Shown here: in pieces, positions 37,391 through 50,995 of the stretch
Layout: each line of letters opens with the position of its first letter
How positions within the stretch are numbered: position 1 is the first letter of the stretch
Assembly: GCF_028641065.1 (NCBI RefSeq)
Contig: NC_073408.1
Coordinates: 12,152,001-12,216,000, forward strand
Reading direction: 5' to 3'
From: Leucoraja erinacea
Lineage: Eukaryota
DNA length: 64,000 nt
The notes under the pieces: generated by a model
Seen by the model: only the letters and a program-made list of their open reading frames with translations
Databases searched by the model: none
What the model was told of the DNA's origin: nothing
Made by a program: the position numbers and the translations under genes

Positions 37391-38689
37391 TCTAGCTGAA
37401 GTTGAAAGTACTTGCATCAAGGGCAGTATCTCACCTGGGAAATTAGTTGAGGCACTCCTTTCAGCAGACTGCCTCTCTGTCCTTGACAACCATTCCTCTA
37501 CCTTTGACTATCAGTGGGCAGCGATTGGAGTTTTGGCTTTAGAGGCTTGTAACAGTGCTGAAGAACAACAGATGTAATTATCAGCCGGTTGCTGGATCTC
37601 CTGCCTTCTTTTCACCGACCATCTGCCTTTTGGGCTTTTTTACAATTAATCTTCAGTGCCAGCACAACAGTTTCATCTCCCATGAGACACGGTGGAGTTT
37701 CCACTACAAGAACACCCTGCGTTTGGGTTTAATTAGCTCATGAGTCTTCCGATTGCTTTCACAAACTAATTCTGTTCATTTCTGGCAGAGAGGCAAAGAA
37801 TATCTTCACAGCGACTACAATGGCGGACTATAGTGCAGTTTGAGTGCTGTTGATACATCATGCTTGTTGTTGAATGGCAATTGTCAGCGATGCACCTTGA
37901 GACCAACAGCATTGATTTTCCTGTGGCAATGTTTTGTTGCTTTGGGTGTTTAGGGACCTGACTGACGAAGGGAACAGCGCAGATGACAGAGTGGTCAGTT
38001 CAACAGTTATTGGTGCTTGTTGTGATATGGTTGATGCAGGCATCCTTCTTGTTACTCACTCAGACAGTGATGCAACCTGACTGCTGACATTGTCTGATCA
38101 GTGATGTTGCTATGAGGTCTGATATTTATGGTGTTGGTGATAAATCAGCATTTCATCAAGAGGAGGGCTCCACTGGAGTAGGCTGTCCCTGTTTGTTGTA
38201 TATTAATATTGTTTTGCAGTTCTTGGATTTTGCACAACTATCTTGCACTATTTTGCTGTTTTGCACTTGTTGTATCTAGTGTTGTATTTATCATTACTGT
38301 GTATGTACTTTTTACTCTCCGAGCTTCACATGGACAAGGAATTTCATTGGTGTAAACCTAATCTAATCAGTCAAACTTAATTCCATTATGTTCTTTAAAA
38401 TTCCTTGGGGTTGCTTATTTCATTAAGGTCAAAAATGCAGTGTAACAGGTAAGCTTAGTTCAACCTTGTTGGCGGCAGTCATGTTTAGCTGCTACTTTCA
38501 TTTTCCTTCCAGTGAGCAGGCTGGTGCTCTATAGGATGGCATCTAAATGGATTATTAATAATAGTAGTGGTATAGAGTTGCTCTACTTTAGTGCCTTTCC
38601 CCTTACAATCAGCCCACTTTCGTGAGAAGATGTTGCCAACCATTTGTCGTCACCATTTATTTATAACTAAGCCACCTATTAAGATGTGT

Positions 38690-38861
38690 AGGAAGGAACT
38701 GCAGATGCTGGTTTACACCGAAGATATGCTGGAGTAACTCAGCGGGACAGGCAGCATCACTGGAGAGAAGGAATGGGTGATATTTCGGGTCAAGGGGGTC
38801 TCGACCCAAAACGTCACCCATTCCTTCTCTCCAGAAATTGTGCCTGTTCCGCTGAGTTACT
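38690..38861 (-). mobile_element. Palindromic Penelope-terminus derivative (second subfamily)
   Basis: Inverted arms ggagtaactcagcgggacaggc...aaggaatgggtga / tcacccattccttctctccag...gctgagttactcc. Degenerate TSD ccacc(t/a)at(t/g)aagatgtgt at 38672-38689 and 38862-38879. Confidence 0.75.
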
Positions 38862-38964
38862 CCACCAATGAAGATGTGTGGTTTCTGCAGGTCCGTAATA
38901 ACCTGGTTGAAAAACTCTACTGATTCCAGATGCAATCAGGTTCAAGCAGTTAACAAATAGATAG

Positions 38965-39126
38965 ACAAATATGAGACAAATTCTTGATTAGAACGGGGGT
39001 CAAGGGTTATGGGGAGAAGGCAGGAAAATGGGATTAGGAGGCAGAGATCAGCCATGATTGAATGGTTGAGTGGACTCAATGGGCCGAATGGCCTAATTCT
39101 ACTCCTGTAACTTGTGAACGTGAACA
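38965..39126 (+). mobile_element. CR1/HER1 LINE 3' UTR
   Basis: Near identical to 54625-54780. Confidence 0.8.
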
Positions 39127-40650
39127 AACTGCATCAATTTACTTTATTAACAATGTACTGGACTATTTAGTTGCTGTGACCTTTTAAGGTTTAAGGGCAC
39201 ACTGGATGCAGTAAGCAAATCCGTTTTGCGCATGTGATGGGATGGGATCATGGGAACTGATAGGACTGTGTTAATTTTAGAAAGCTGATTACTGAAGAGC
39301 GAACCTGGGGCAGTGATTGCAGTGACAACATCTGGTGCAGTATCCAGGAATGATTTTGTTTTGATAATTTGCCTCTGCTAATCTGGTTCTTAGCGGAGAG
39401 CTTATTGGAATACAATTCGAGATGGCCGTAATTCCACTCTGCTCTGTTTCAAGTGGGTTTACAGATTAGCAAAGAGACAGACTCACAATATTAAATTTTA
39501 AGGGAGAAAGTTCACAGGATTCAAATAAGCAGATGAAAGCCATGGAAAAAAATTAAGTTTATTATTAACAACATGAGTGGGATTTATTGATAGTTTTTAA
39601 TGCCATAACAAAAAGATATGATAGCACAGTGAATAGAACGCCCCTTGCTATCTCAAATAGTTTAACCATTTTTATACTGTTAGACTACCACCAATTCAAT
39701 TATTCATGTGTATCGAAGTACAGTGAAGAGCTTTTTTGTTGTGTGCTAGCCAGTCAGCGGATACACTATATGTGATTACAATCAACCATCCACAGTGTAC
39801 AGATATAGGATAAAGGGAATAACATAGCATCATTTTGCCCAGAAACTGGTCCACCTAGATTGGGTAATGCTGATGTTTAAATCGACCTTATGTGCTTGGA
39901 CTCAGGTCAGTGAAGGCTAACATGTGAGTGAAAATTGTATATTAGCCTCTGTGAAGAGGGTTTTGTTTGATAAATCACTGGATTCAGATAACAGTTTTGA
40001 TTCACACAGTAATTCATTACACTACTGAATAAGCGACACGCACTCATGTAACCCCGAATATCCCCGAAGGCACTCGCCAACCCCGCGTTTACAGCAGAGC
40101 ATGCCACAGGGTGTTTCTACATACACTCACATAAACACGTATACACTCGCAAACTCATCAGAGCACGCCACAGGATGTTTCTGTTCAAGGCCACCTGGCA
40201 CCGTTTGCAACACGGATCAAGGCTGAGGTTCTCTCACTGAAAGAGCACCCAACACCATCCTTTATGGCATTTCTTAGCAGAGCAGAACACGCCACTGCCC
40301 CATCGCTGTGCCAATTATAAGGCCACCTTGTCTGCAACATTTCTGGCAGGCGGCGTGGGTAGTCTACCCAACTATTGCTGTTGTGTTTTGTTCACCAACA
40401 TAACCTTTTCCCCATAGAATAGCCAGGGAAAGGCTGCATTCCCAGACAATGCAAGGTCGTCTAGGAGATAACGCATCTGAATCTTGTTTTCGAGAGGCTA
40501 TGGAATGTAGGGCTGCTAACTTAGCTGATAACTCCATTTCATATTTTACCTGAAATTGTCAGTTTAACCCTTACACTACATGTTTAATTACACCAGTAAG
40601 AAAGTCTTATTGAAATTCAATAGAATCCCATTCAGACCACATCTGCATTA

Positions 40651-40809
40651 TAGACACAAAATGCTGGAGTAACTCAGCGTGAAAGGCAACATCTCTGGAG
40701 AGAAGGAATGGGTTATTCATTCTCTCCAGTGATGCTGCCTGTCCCGCTGAGTTACTCCAGCATTTTGTGTGTATCTTTGGTTTAAACCAGCATCTGCAAT
40801 TCTTTCCTA
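40651..40809 (+). mobile_element. Palindromic Penelope-terminus derivative (second subfamily)
   Basis: Inverted arms acacaaaatgctggagtaactcagcg... / ...cgctgagttactccagcattttgtgt. Degenerate TSD caca(t/c)ctgca(t/g)ta. Confidence 0.75.
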
Positions 40810-43632
40810 CACACCTGCAGTATTGTGTACAGTTCTGATATTTTACTCCAGAGTGGGAAGCTGCAATAGAGGCGATGTTCACTCTTTTCACTCTTCCCAT
40901 CTGTGGGGTCACTTGTTTGCCTCACAGAGGGCAATTGGATATTACCTAGCTGCATTATGCTTTAACTTAATGAGATGGCAAAAAATAATTAAATTCCATT
41001 GCTACATAATCCTGGGAATCTTCAAATCCTGCCACACAATATGACTGAGTGAAAAAAACATCTTGTGTAGTGCAATATGATTGTAATAACTAATGTTTGC
41101 CTCACCCGGGTATATGCCTGTGGAATGCACAATTGAAAAAAAAAGTCATGTCAGTACCTCAAAACTCACCAGGGGAATATGTCATTAAGTCGACTTGACG
41201 TTGTAAAGTAATGCAATACAACATCAGTGTGGGCCCAGCGTACAGCCGATCCTCATTACGGTCACTTAAGAAAATCAATTAAAAAATCTATGCTTTACAA
41301 TTGATGGCAACTGATTATAACAAAGGGCAAAACCGCTAGCTTGATATAAACATGAAGATTATTGAATTAAGACTTAATAACTTGAGACTCAAAGATTTGT
41401 GAAAGAATACATCGGAAACCTTTTTAATCCAGAAAGATTATCTGCTTGGTTTGAGGAAAGTACAATCCATGGCAATGTAGAAGGCAATTTTGTTTCTACA
41501 TGGATTTCTAAATATATGCACGGATGTACACAATGATGGGGCTTGCACTGAAGATCAATAGCCCCATCACAATGTGCTTAATCCTTTGTTCAAAAGCTAC
41601 ATATTTTAACTCAACAGCATTCCTACACATAAAGTAAGGGACAAATTGGTCTGTACCTCAGAATAGTTGTGCATTAAATTTATGGAGCTTTGTTGAATAG
41701 CTAATTAAATTTAATTTGCTGAGAAATGCACAAAAAAAGGTTATGTTACCAATGCTGTAAAAAAATTCTCATTAACTCTTTCCCAACATCACGATGACTT
41801 TTGAGGGTTTGCCTGCTGCTGTTATGGTTATTACTCGCTTTATTGATGGCCAGTTTCATTAGTTTTACTGTCCCGCTGCACCTTGTGTTTTGTTGCTTGA
41901 GTCTCCAGTAAAATGAATCATCTGCTAAGTGATAAGTCACCAGCATTTCGTTACATATGAAGAGGTGGACATACTGTAAGGTAACTGTGATGTGACAACA
42001 ATTTTAAAGAGAAATTAGTGCGAAATTTCAGCACTAATTTGTATTGACTACTAGTTCAAACCATCTCCAAGTGAGGTGGAGTAATGAGGTACCTTTCCAC
42101 TTTGTGACAATGTCACTGACAGGAACACATTGTACGTAATAGGAGTTACAGGGTCAACACATATGCAGGTTAATGTGCTGTTTGTAAATAAGTCACCAAC
42201 TCTGATTGTATTTGGACGTACAGTATATGTACTATTCACCTATGTATTTTTGAAAACATTGCATTCAGTCATGGGGAGAAACAATACAGGAATTATTTTT
42301 AATCTCCATTATGTTTTTATTGTAGTAGCAATCACAGAGGAGTGATATTAAGCTGGCTTCAAATGGGATACATATATCTTAGGCAGAGTTTCCTTTAATC
42401 AGGACAGGGGTGTAAGGTTAAATGTACTCTAACACTGACTAATAAAATCAGCATTAGACTAATTAAGTTAACACAAATGGGACCAATCCCCAATATCTTT
42501 ACTGCAGAATATTCTTCAGAAAATGTCCGCTTTACAACTGTAAGCTGTTACCTTTAGCTTTACAATAGAGTCTCTGCAACTTTATACCTGGCCACTTAAA
42601 GTATTTTTATGTGAATGCTCCATTGGGACCTCAGTTACAGTATTATATTAAACCACATTTCAGTTTTGAGGCATAACTCTTTTCAAAGATCTTGTAAAAA
42701 AAAAAGATGAGATTTCTCAGGATAGAGCATTGGGGGGGGAAAAGGTAATTGATTTCCATGTTTTCCGTTCTTTTCAATTCTTTAGTTGATTTCCCTGGAG
42801 TATAAACATAAACGCAGCGGAGTTCATTTGATAAATCCTCCAGAATTAGATAATGAGCAAAGTTAAATTCCTGGTCTTTCCCACAGCAGAGAAAGGTCTT
42901 CCTTTACTTGACTAAATTAAAAGTAACTAAAAGGGCTGTCCAGACCACTAGAGTTAGTTTAAGGAATCTTTTCAGAGCAGAGATGGGAACAATCTCAAAT
43001 ATGGAAATAATTTGAAATTGCATAATTTTTCAACAGCTGCAATCCTTAATTAAACAAGCATTACATTTACAAAATCAAAGATCACCTTTGTATATCTCAG
43101 TATTTTTTACTCCTGTGCTGTCTGAAAGTAATATCCACTCTTTCAGTTGATTTTTGTAAGTGTTCTTTATAAACACTGTGAGGTACTTTTGATGTTGGTC
43201 AATAGCATGAAATCCTAATATCAAAGTAGCAGTCCGTTGTATGGGCTGTTGCGTTGGTAACAGTGGAAGCATTAATCTGAAGAGAATGTTCAACGACTTT
43301 CTAATGCAGTATCAGCCATTTTACATGAATGCTCAGTTTCAAACGGTCCACCATGTATCCACTTACTAACGAGATTTCATATTTTCTTCATTTCTAAGAC
43401 CGATTATCCTTTCGTTTTGGTCCACTTCCTCCAAGTATAGCGAGGAAACACCATCAGAAGTGAGCCATTTGGATAAAAAGAGATAATGTATTGCTTTACC
43501 CACCAGTAAAGACACATGAATATTGTGAACTGGGCAATATTAGTTAAGGATCACATTCTGATATTACTTCCATTAAGTGAGACTATGATACGTATGAATG
43601 AATTCCCTTTCACTCAGCGCTTCTCTCACAAG

Positions 43633-43915
43633 GACACACCGTGGCGCAGTGGTAGAGCTCTGCCTTACAGTTCCAGAGACCTAAGTTTGATCCTGACTAC
43701 GGGTGCTGTCTGTATGGAGTTTGTATATTCTCCCTGTGACTGCTCGGGCTTTCTCCGGGTGCTCCGGTTTCTTCCCACATCCCAAAGACGTGCAGGTTTG
43801 TAGGTTAATTGGCTTCTGTAAATTGTCCCTAGTGTGTAGGAGAAAACTATTACATGGGTGATTGTGGTCGGCATGGATCAGTGTTTCCACGTTGTATCTC
43901 CAAAATAAACTAAAC
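43633..43915 (+). mobile_element. HE1-like V-SINE
   Basis: tRNA head, V-domain and tail. Confidence 0.85.
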
Positions 43916-44799
43916 ACAAGAAAAGAACAGGAGTTGATCAAAAGACCCCTCAAACCTGCCCTGTCTTTCAATATGATTGTGTCTGATCTAAACTGGCCTT
44001 AATTCCTCCTCTGTGACAGCTCCCTCTAGTTCTCAATTTCTCAATCCTATGAATATTAATTTTAATCCAACTTAAATAGTTCTAATGATCCACCCTCCAC
44101 CATTTGCTGGAGCAGAGCCAACCAGAGATACACTACCCTCTGACAGAAGATATTTTTACCCATCTTAATTTTAAATGATCGGCCCCTTATCTTGTCACAA
44201 AACTTTACTCATGCATTCTCGATCACACAATTTCCAATTCAGTCATGCTTTGTGTTACCTTTCATTGTGCTTTGGTTTCCCCATTTCTTTATTCTTCCTA
44301 CCCATATATTTTCAGACAAAGCAGATCTTCATGGTTTTCTTAAGGATCCAAAATGAATGCTTGAATAGTCTTGAACTGCATGCTACAAACACATCATAAC
44401 AGAAGGTTAGCTTTCAATATATGTATTGGAGTCCCAATTCCAAATTGTCAACCCATGCCTTGTGAATTATAAATCCATTTTAACCATTATTCAAAATATA
44501 TTACTAATAGAGGGATATAGTTCAGATTTGTAATGAAGAGTTTGTAATAACTGTTAACTCTTCATCTTGTTTGCAGAATGAATAATGCTCATCCATTATG
44601 GAATCTCAGAAGTGTTTTCTGTTGCTTATGCAGCTGCATTTATTCATTCATCTCAAGATTATCACTGCTCTGCCTGCTCTTAATGCCAAGATCAGCTCGT
44701 CTTCCATACATTCCCCATTGTTGTTCTGTACAAAATCATTGTCACTACTCCTTAGAAAGCCTTTTCCTTGGAACTCTCGATTCTGCTTATTTCTAGTAA

Positions 44800-45117
44800 T
44801 AGCCCTGTCCCACTGTACGAGTTCATTCAAGAGTTCTCCCGAGTTTGCCCTGATTCGAACTCGGAGATTTGCGGTAATGGCCGCTCGTTGGTACTCGGGG
44901 CTCTCGTGGACATTTTTCAACATATTGAAAAATCTTCACAAGTCTTCCCGAGCTTACCGCGTTTCCCGAGTACCTGCCGTTAGTGTTACGAGCCACTAAG
45001 AGACGTCCCCAAGCTCCGACGTACCCGCTAAGTACATTCTACGTGCTTCCACGAGTTTTTTTTTTTTTTTAAACTCGGGAGAGCTCTTGAATGAACTCGT
45101 ACAGTGGGACAGGGCTT
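44800..45117. mobile_element. Harbinger-like MITE, young
   Basis: 46-bp TIRs with one mismatch (agccctgtcccactgtacgagttcattcaagag(t/c)tctcccgagttt; 44801-44846 and 45071-45116), TAA on both sides. Confidence 0.85.
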
Positions 45118-45503
45118 TAAGTCCATTCTTTTTCCATGGCAACAAGAAGGTGGATACCACTTTAGCATCAGGTGATCAGGAGCAGGAAGGAAGTCTCATG
45201 ACAAATGTTTATTTTCTATTTTGCACTTTACGTCTATCTTGATTTGCCACATTTTGCTGTGAGGTTATTTTTAATTTGGAATTTTCGATGTTGTTCAGTT
45301 ACATTTTTTTTCCAGGAACTGTTTTCCCATTACACCTGTTCCCTGTTTCAGTTTCTTGCTATGTCCATCACTGATGTTGCACAAGGTATCCATCTATGTC
45401 AGTGAGCACTGAGTGCATGTATGAATTTGAAGAAGAGAATAAAAAATTGTTCTTGTAAAACTGACAAAGTTATCATCAAACAGCGTCTGTCAAGAGGACC
45501 AAA

Positions 45504-45692
45504 GGACATAAAGTGCTGGAGTTATTCAGCAGGTCAGGCAGCATCTTTGGAAAAGATGGATAGATGTACACTTATCCATACCTCTCCCCTGATTCTCAGT
45601 CTGAAGAAGCATCTCAACCCGAAACGTCACATATTCTTTTTCTCCAGAGATGTTGCCTGACCCGCTGAGTTACTCCAACACTTTGTGTCTAT
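45504..45692. mobile_element. Palindromic Penelope-terminus derivative, decayed
   Basis: Inverted arms with the remnant ctgaagaa...cccgaaacgtc core at 45601-45628. Confidence 0.7.
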
Positions 45693-46781
45693 CCGTGGAC
45701 ACAAAAGAACCATTCTATTTCACAGTAGGGACACTACAGTAGTGCTTGGAATGGACAATGGTGAGAAACGTGCAGTAGGAGAGTGCACATTTACAAATTC
45801 ACGCCAAACCATACTCTGGGGGAAAGTAAGGGTTGTGTGTCTACGCTATTCTAAGCACTATTTGTGGACCAGATGTTGCAGTCAGTGTAGTCAGAATAAT
45901 TGGTGAATTGACCTATTCCCAGTATCGATGTTTCCTTTCCCTTCCTGAGAGGCACAATTATAACCCATAACAGCATGAGAAAGTCCCTTGGAAAGAAGTG
46001 TCATATTTCTGCATGGATCAGCCATTAGTTTATTGTGGTTATTAGTGCCCAGATGATAACAACATGTATCCAATCATAGCTGCTGAGGAAGCTAACTAAC
46101 ATTTTATTAACTAAGAGTCACTAGTCTGGTGTAAATTTCAGCCCCTGCTGTGGGACTGTTAAGCTTCAATACCTTGTCTAATGAATACGAAGGCACCTGC
46201 CAAGGCAGTCAAAGACTTTGGACGCATTCATTATCTCAACACTCATTACTGCGGGGAGAAATCATAGCAAGGTTAAACTGCACTCGTTTTACTGTGTGCT
46301 TGTGGTTCCATGTGCCGACACACAGATTTGCCTGTTCTATTTTCTGCTGCCTTTGCAGCTTGATACACTTGCTGAAGGTTAAACCAAGGAGAATTAGTCC
46401 CTCACACTGACTATACATATATAAAGCTTTTATTCCAGTGTTGAATGCTCAATAAAATTGATTTTCTGTAAACCTGGAAAATGCCTCCATCTGAAAGCAC
46501 GCAGACACATCTGGTTTAAAAGCTGAACTGGTGACTTTTGAATTGCAGAGGTAAATGGTGTCTTGAAACGGGCTGCTTTTATGTGCAATACCTTTGGTCT
46601 TCCAAATTAGCGGAGATGCTGAATGACTTTCATTTCAATGTCAAAATTACCTCCACTTCATTGAAAGAAAATCTTCTAAGGACTTAGTTTGTGAATTAAA
46701 TTTGTTGGAATATTGAACCACACATATTCAGGATGGTCCTGAGTGCAAACATTTTCTGAGCACATAAAGAAAAGCTATTAA

Positions 46782-47030
46782 CGGCAGCACAGCCTTACAG
46801 TGCCAGAGATCCGGGTTCCATCGTGACTATAGGAGCTGTCGGTATAGAGTTTGTACGTTCTCCAGTTTCTTCACATTCTCCAAGGACGTACGGGTTTGTC
46901 GGTCAATTGGCTTCGGTAAAATTGTAAACTGTCCCTAGTGTGTAGGATAGTGCTAGTGTATGGGATGATCACTGGTCGTTGCGCACTCGGTGGGCCCAAG
47001 GGCCTGTTTCTGCACTGTATCTCTCAAGTT
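46782..47030 (+). mobile_element. HE1-like V-SINE
   Basis: Head, partly deleted V-domain and tail. Confidence 0.8.
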
Positions 47031-47194
47031 TAAAGAAAACTAATTTCAGTCAAGATTACTGTATTCTCCAAATTTAAAAAGTGTGTTGGAAAAAAATGTG
47101 CTGATTTTCTTCCCAAAGTGGTCTATGTGCTTCACCCAGAAGACAATGGAACTGTCTGCCCAACATGGCTGCAAAGGCTAAGTTGCTGAATATA

Positions 47195-47360
47195 CAGTGC
47201 CCTCCATAATGTTTGGGGCAAAAAATGGCCTTTATTAAAATCTGACAATATGCACTTTAACCACATGTGATTTTTTTTCTATTACAAATCTCAAATTGTG
47301 GAGTACAGAGGCAAATAAATAAATGATGAGTCTTTGCACCAAGCATTATGGAGGACACTG
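47195..47360. mobile_element. Tc1/mariner MITE (166 bp)
   Basis: TA|CAGTGCCCTCCATAATGTTTGG...CCAAGCATTATGGAGGACACTG|TA. 28-bp TIRs with 3 mismatches and a TA TSD. Confidence 0.88.
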
Positions 47361-47539
47361 TATGACAAAGATCAATAGAAAAAGGAATGAGATATGGCTT
47401 TCCACCAATGGAAAGATAAAAGATTAACTTTGATGATATTGAAAGGTAAACCATCGCAAATGGTCAAATATAATTCTGCCTCTACTTTTCATGATCCTCT
47501 GTTCTTATAGATTAGTATTGTTATGATGCACAAGATGAT

Positions 47540-47812
47540 GGGCAGCACAGTGGCACAGCTGGAAAAGCTGCTGAATCACAGCGCTAGAGACCAGGATTCA
47601 GTCATGACCTGTATGGAGTTTACACATTCTCCTTGTGACCTCATGGGTTTCCTCTGAGTGCTCCAGTTTCTTCCCGCATCCCAAAGGTGTGCGGGTTTGT
47701 AGGTTAATTGTCAGTGGATGTGAAAGTGAAATGACATAGAACCAGCATTAACAGGCAATCAATGGTCAGCATAAACCGAAGGGCCTGTCTCCATGCTGTA
47801 TCTCTGAAACCA
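47540..47812 (+). mobile_element. HE1-like V-SINE
   Basis: gggcagcacagtggcacagc head, V-domain and tail. Confidence 0.8.
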
Positions 47813-49184
47813 GAAGTAAAAAAAAGACAACACTAAAATGGGCATGGTTAAACTGCGGGCATTTTTCTAACTGATTTGCATACACACCGATGGAAGACAA
47901 GGCAAATGATGTAGAAGAATTGCTGTAGATCAGCAAGTAAGAAATGTTGCACAGAATGGTACATTTTAATCTAAATTTAAAAAGGAGAGTGTCTATTGAT
48001 TGTAAGGATTTCGAAACTGTCTACTCTACGGAACAGCACAAATCAGAATTAAACTATGGTCTTACAAATTATGGCTATGAGGAAAATAAAATATCACAAA
48101 CTCAATAGCCGTTACTTTACCAAGGCAGAGATATGACCTTGGTCCCTCATTGATTTTCACACAATCTGAACTCGAGATAGGTGAGAAAAACAAGATACAA
48201 ATCAAATTAAAAACTGGCTCCATTATCAGCAATGTCGTAACCTCCCCAAATAAATATGAAAGTCAATCTAGAACTCCAAGAGAAACCTCAAGAAATGTTA
48301 TCCAACCTTGGTCATTGGATTTTGGTTTTAAGCAGTCTGGAATGCTCTGGTAAGAAGAGATTTTTTTTGCTCTTAATTTTTCTTGCTAAATAGAGCCGAA
48401 TGGCATTTGTTAAATTAAGCAGTTTATCATCTTTTAATAAGGTGACAAAATATTAAACTTCTAATTAAGTAGCTGACATGAGTGGCAGTTCAGCAGGTGT
48501 GTGATAGTGCTGCTGATTGTTGGGAAATAGGGGATGAATATTCATTGAGCAACTTAAAACCCTCTCAGCTGAAACGCTGGAATATAAATAACATTTTAAC
48601 CTTATCACCGGATTCACATCCATGCCAACAGAGATGCTCTTTTGATCATTAAATCAAATTTGATGGCATTGCTTATGCAAGGCGTAACATCATCTAGTCC
48701 TAGCTTATAACGGCATTCTATGCTCCTGCAGAGAGGGGCTGTCTCTCACTCACTGACAGCACAGCTTCTAGGATTGTCAGCACGACCCAGCCACGACACC
48801 CCTTTGTGTTCAGATGCCAGTTGCTTTGTAACTCAGCACTCCTGAAAGGCCAGAGGTTTCAGTACTCTTATACAAGCTCACCCTGTGTGAGCACCCTCTT
48901 CCTCCTTGGATGCCATCACAATTTAATCTAATTCTGCCCCTGTCTAACATCCATATTTGGGAAACTCCCAGAAGGAAAGCAATCGACAGCTGGAATCTTT
49001 AGTTAACTTCACACACACATTGCCCCATTACCAATGAAATAAATTGTTGGAGTGAGCCTTCCTCATTGCCAGTCATGCCTTGTACGAAGATTGCTTCATT
49101 CCAATCACAGGCAACAAAGTTTCCCAGAAGAGTCTGATTGTCTCCTTCTGGATGCAGTCAGGAAGTTATAATTTTGTTGTTATC

Positions 49185-49403
49185 TTATCCCAACTAACCA
49201 TGATCTTTTCTACATGTTCCTTGATCTCCATTCCCTTGATCATGTGTTCACACCTTACACTTCCTTATCTATACACTTCCTTATCTACCCACTCGCCTGA
49301 CACCAGTCTGAAGAAGGGCCTTGATGCAAAATGTCACCCATTCCTTCTCTCCAGAGATGCTGCCTATCCCGCTGAGTTACTCCAGCATTTTGTGTCTATC
49401 TAC
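49185..49403 (+). mobile_element. Penelope-like 3' terminus (second subfamily), decayed
   Basis: cagtctgaagaaggg...gtcacccattccttctctccagagatgctgcc...gctgagttactccagcattttgtgtcta. Confidence 0.65.
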
Positions 49404-49795
49404 GAAGTTATCATGATCAATGGAGAAGTCTTCCCAGAACTCACGTGTAGCTTCCAGGTTTGGGCCTGTGTCCTAATGATCTTAGTGTGATGGTCTCATG
49501 ATTGAGTAAGCCATAGAGATGTGGGGCATCCACCAAATTAACAGGGGGTCACTGAGATATCAGACTAGATCATTCATGATGGCAAAAACAGTGTTCTCTT
49601 TCCAATTCATCCCTCCAAAGGAAAGTATCTCCATTGCCTTGCTCGTTAAACCAGCCATCAGGCTTTTGAATGTAGCATCTCAATGCATCAATGCACCAAA
49701 ACAATGCAAAGGCTTAATTGAATGATATTAATAAATGAATAAAATATTATAATTCGCTGAGGCCAATGCGCCGGGGGCTTTGGGGGACTTTGACT

Positions 49796-49796
<1 letters not shown>

Positions 49797-49828
<32 letters not shown>
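49797..49828. repeat. Poly-G run within a LINE-tail-like fragment (~49755-49990)
   Basis: G homopolymer. Downstream gcatttcgtttgg...aatgacaattaaa resembles the tail at 28260-28303. Confidence 0.8.
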
Positions 49829-49829
<1 letters not shown>

Positions 49830-50737
49830 GTGCAGTGGAGAGATAAGTTTTTTTTGGCCTTCCATCACAGCAATGTGATGGATGTTTATGTAAATTATGT
49901 TGTGTCTGGGGTCTATTTGTTTGTAATGTATGGCTGCAGAAACGGCATTTCGTTTGGACCTCAAGGGGTCCAAATGACAATTAAATTGATTAACTGATTA
50001 GATTAACCATACATTTGGCATTTATTGTTAGATGCTGGTTGTAATTATCAAGAAAAAATATGTATCAGGGTTATACATACATCTCTGGCAAAATTGACTT
50101 TTACACCACTCTTAGTTTATTGGTAATACTTGGAATTTACCATCTTGTGCTTTGTGGAGGACCAATAAGTTAACTTCTCACCCCCCAGCAAGATTGCCTC
50201 TGGCACCTTGGGCACAGAAGCTAATGAGATTGGGCTAAAATTAGGTTGTGCACCGTGAAGACTAATTTAAAAAGTTGTGAAAGTTTAGAGATTACTAAGC
50301 ACAAGTGCAAGATCATCACACTAAAGTGGTCAATCAAAGTTCCACTCAATCTCAAAATATAATTGGTTCCAGTAATGGCACACTGTTCATTTTGGAATTT
50401 GTAATGAAAAAAAATGTTTGACATTTCGATGTAAAAACCAACCCAGCCAGTGAATTTAACTTATATTCTGCATGCCTAGCAATTTAAGTTTAAACCAAAC
50501 GGATAACTTTGCAAAGGGTTTCAGAGTTTAAGTCAAGCAAAGGTTATCACATTGCCAATACCTTTCCTGTTGGCTGTTGTGCAGTGGGCATGTATGAAGT
50601 TTGAAGCAGCAGACTATCAGCCCAGATGAAACCAAGGGAAAAGTTAAAGAATGACTGTTGCAAAACAACAAATAGCATCATGGTTCTTCAACTGGTGATT
50701 TAGTTTGTGACAATTACATCTTATCGAGGCTGTAAGG

Positions 50738-50995
50738 ATTTAGTTTAGTTTAGAGTTTAGTTTAGAGATACGGCATGGTATCTCTAAACTAAATCGGGGC
50801 AATTTACAGAAACCAATTAACCTACGAACCCACACGTCTTTGGAATGTGGGAGGAAACCGAAGCACCCGGAGAAAACCCATGCAGCCACAGGGAGAGCGT
50901 GCAAACTCCGCACAGACAGCACCCGCAGTCAAGATCAAACCCGGATCTCTGGCATTGTGAGGCAGCAGCTCTACCGCTGCACCACTGTGCTGCCA
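50738..50995 (-). mobile_element. HE1-like V-SINE with rearranged tail
   Basis: Head and V-domain in reverse. The tail carries a local inverted duplication. Confidence 0.8.

Noticed and set aside
44578-44999. ORFs of 70-133 aa
   Set aside because: Largely read through a GC-rich MITE; no transposase motifs.
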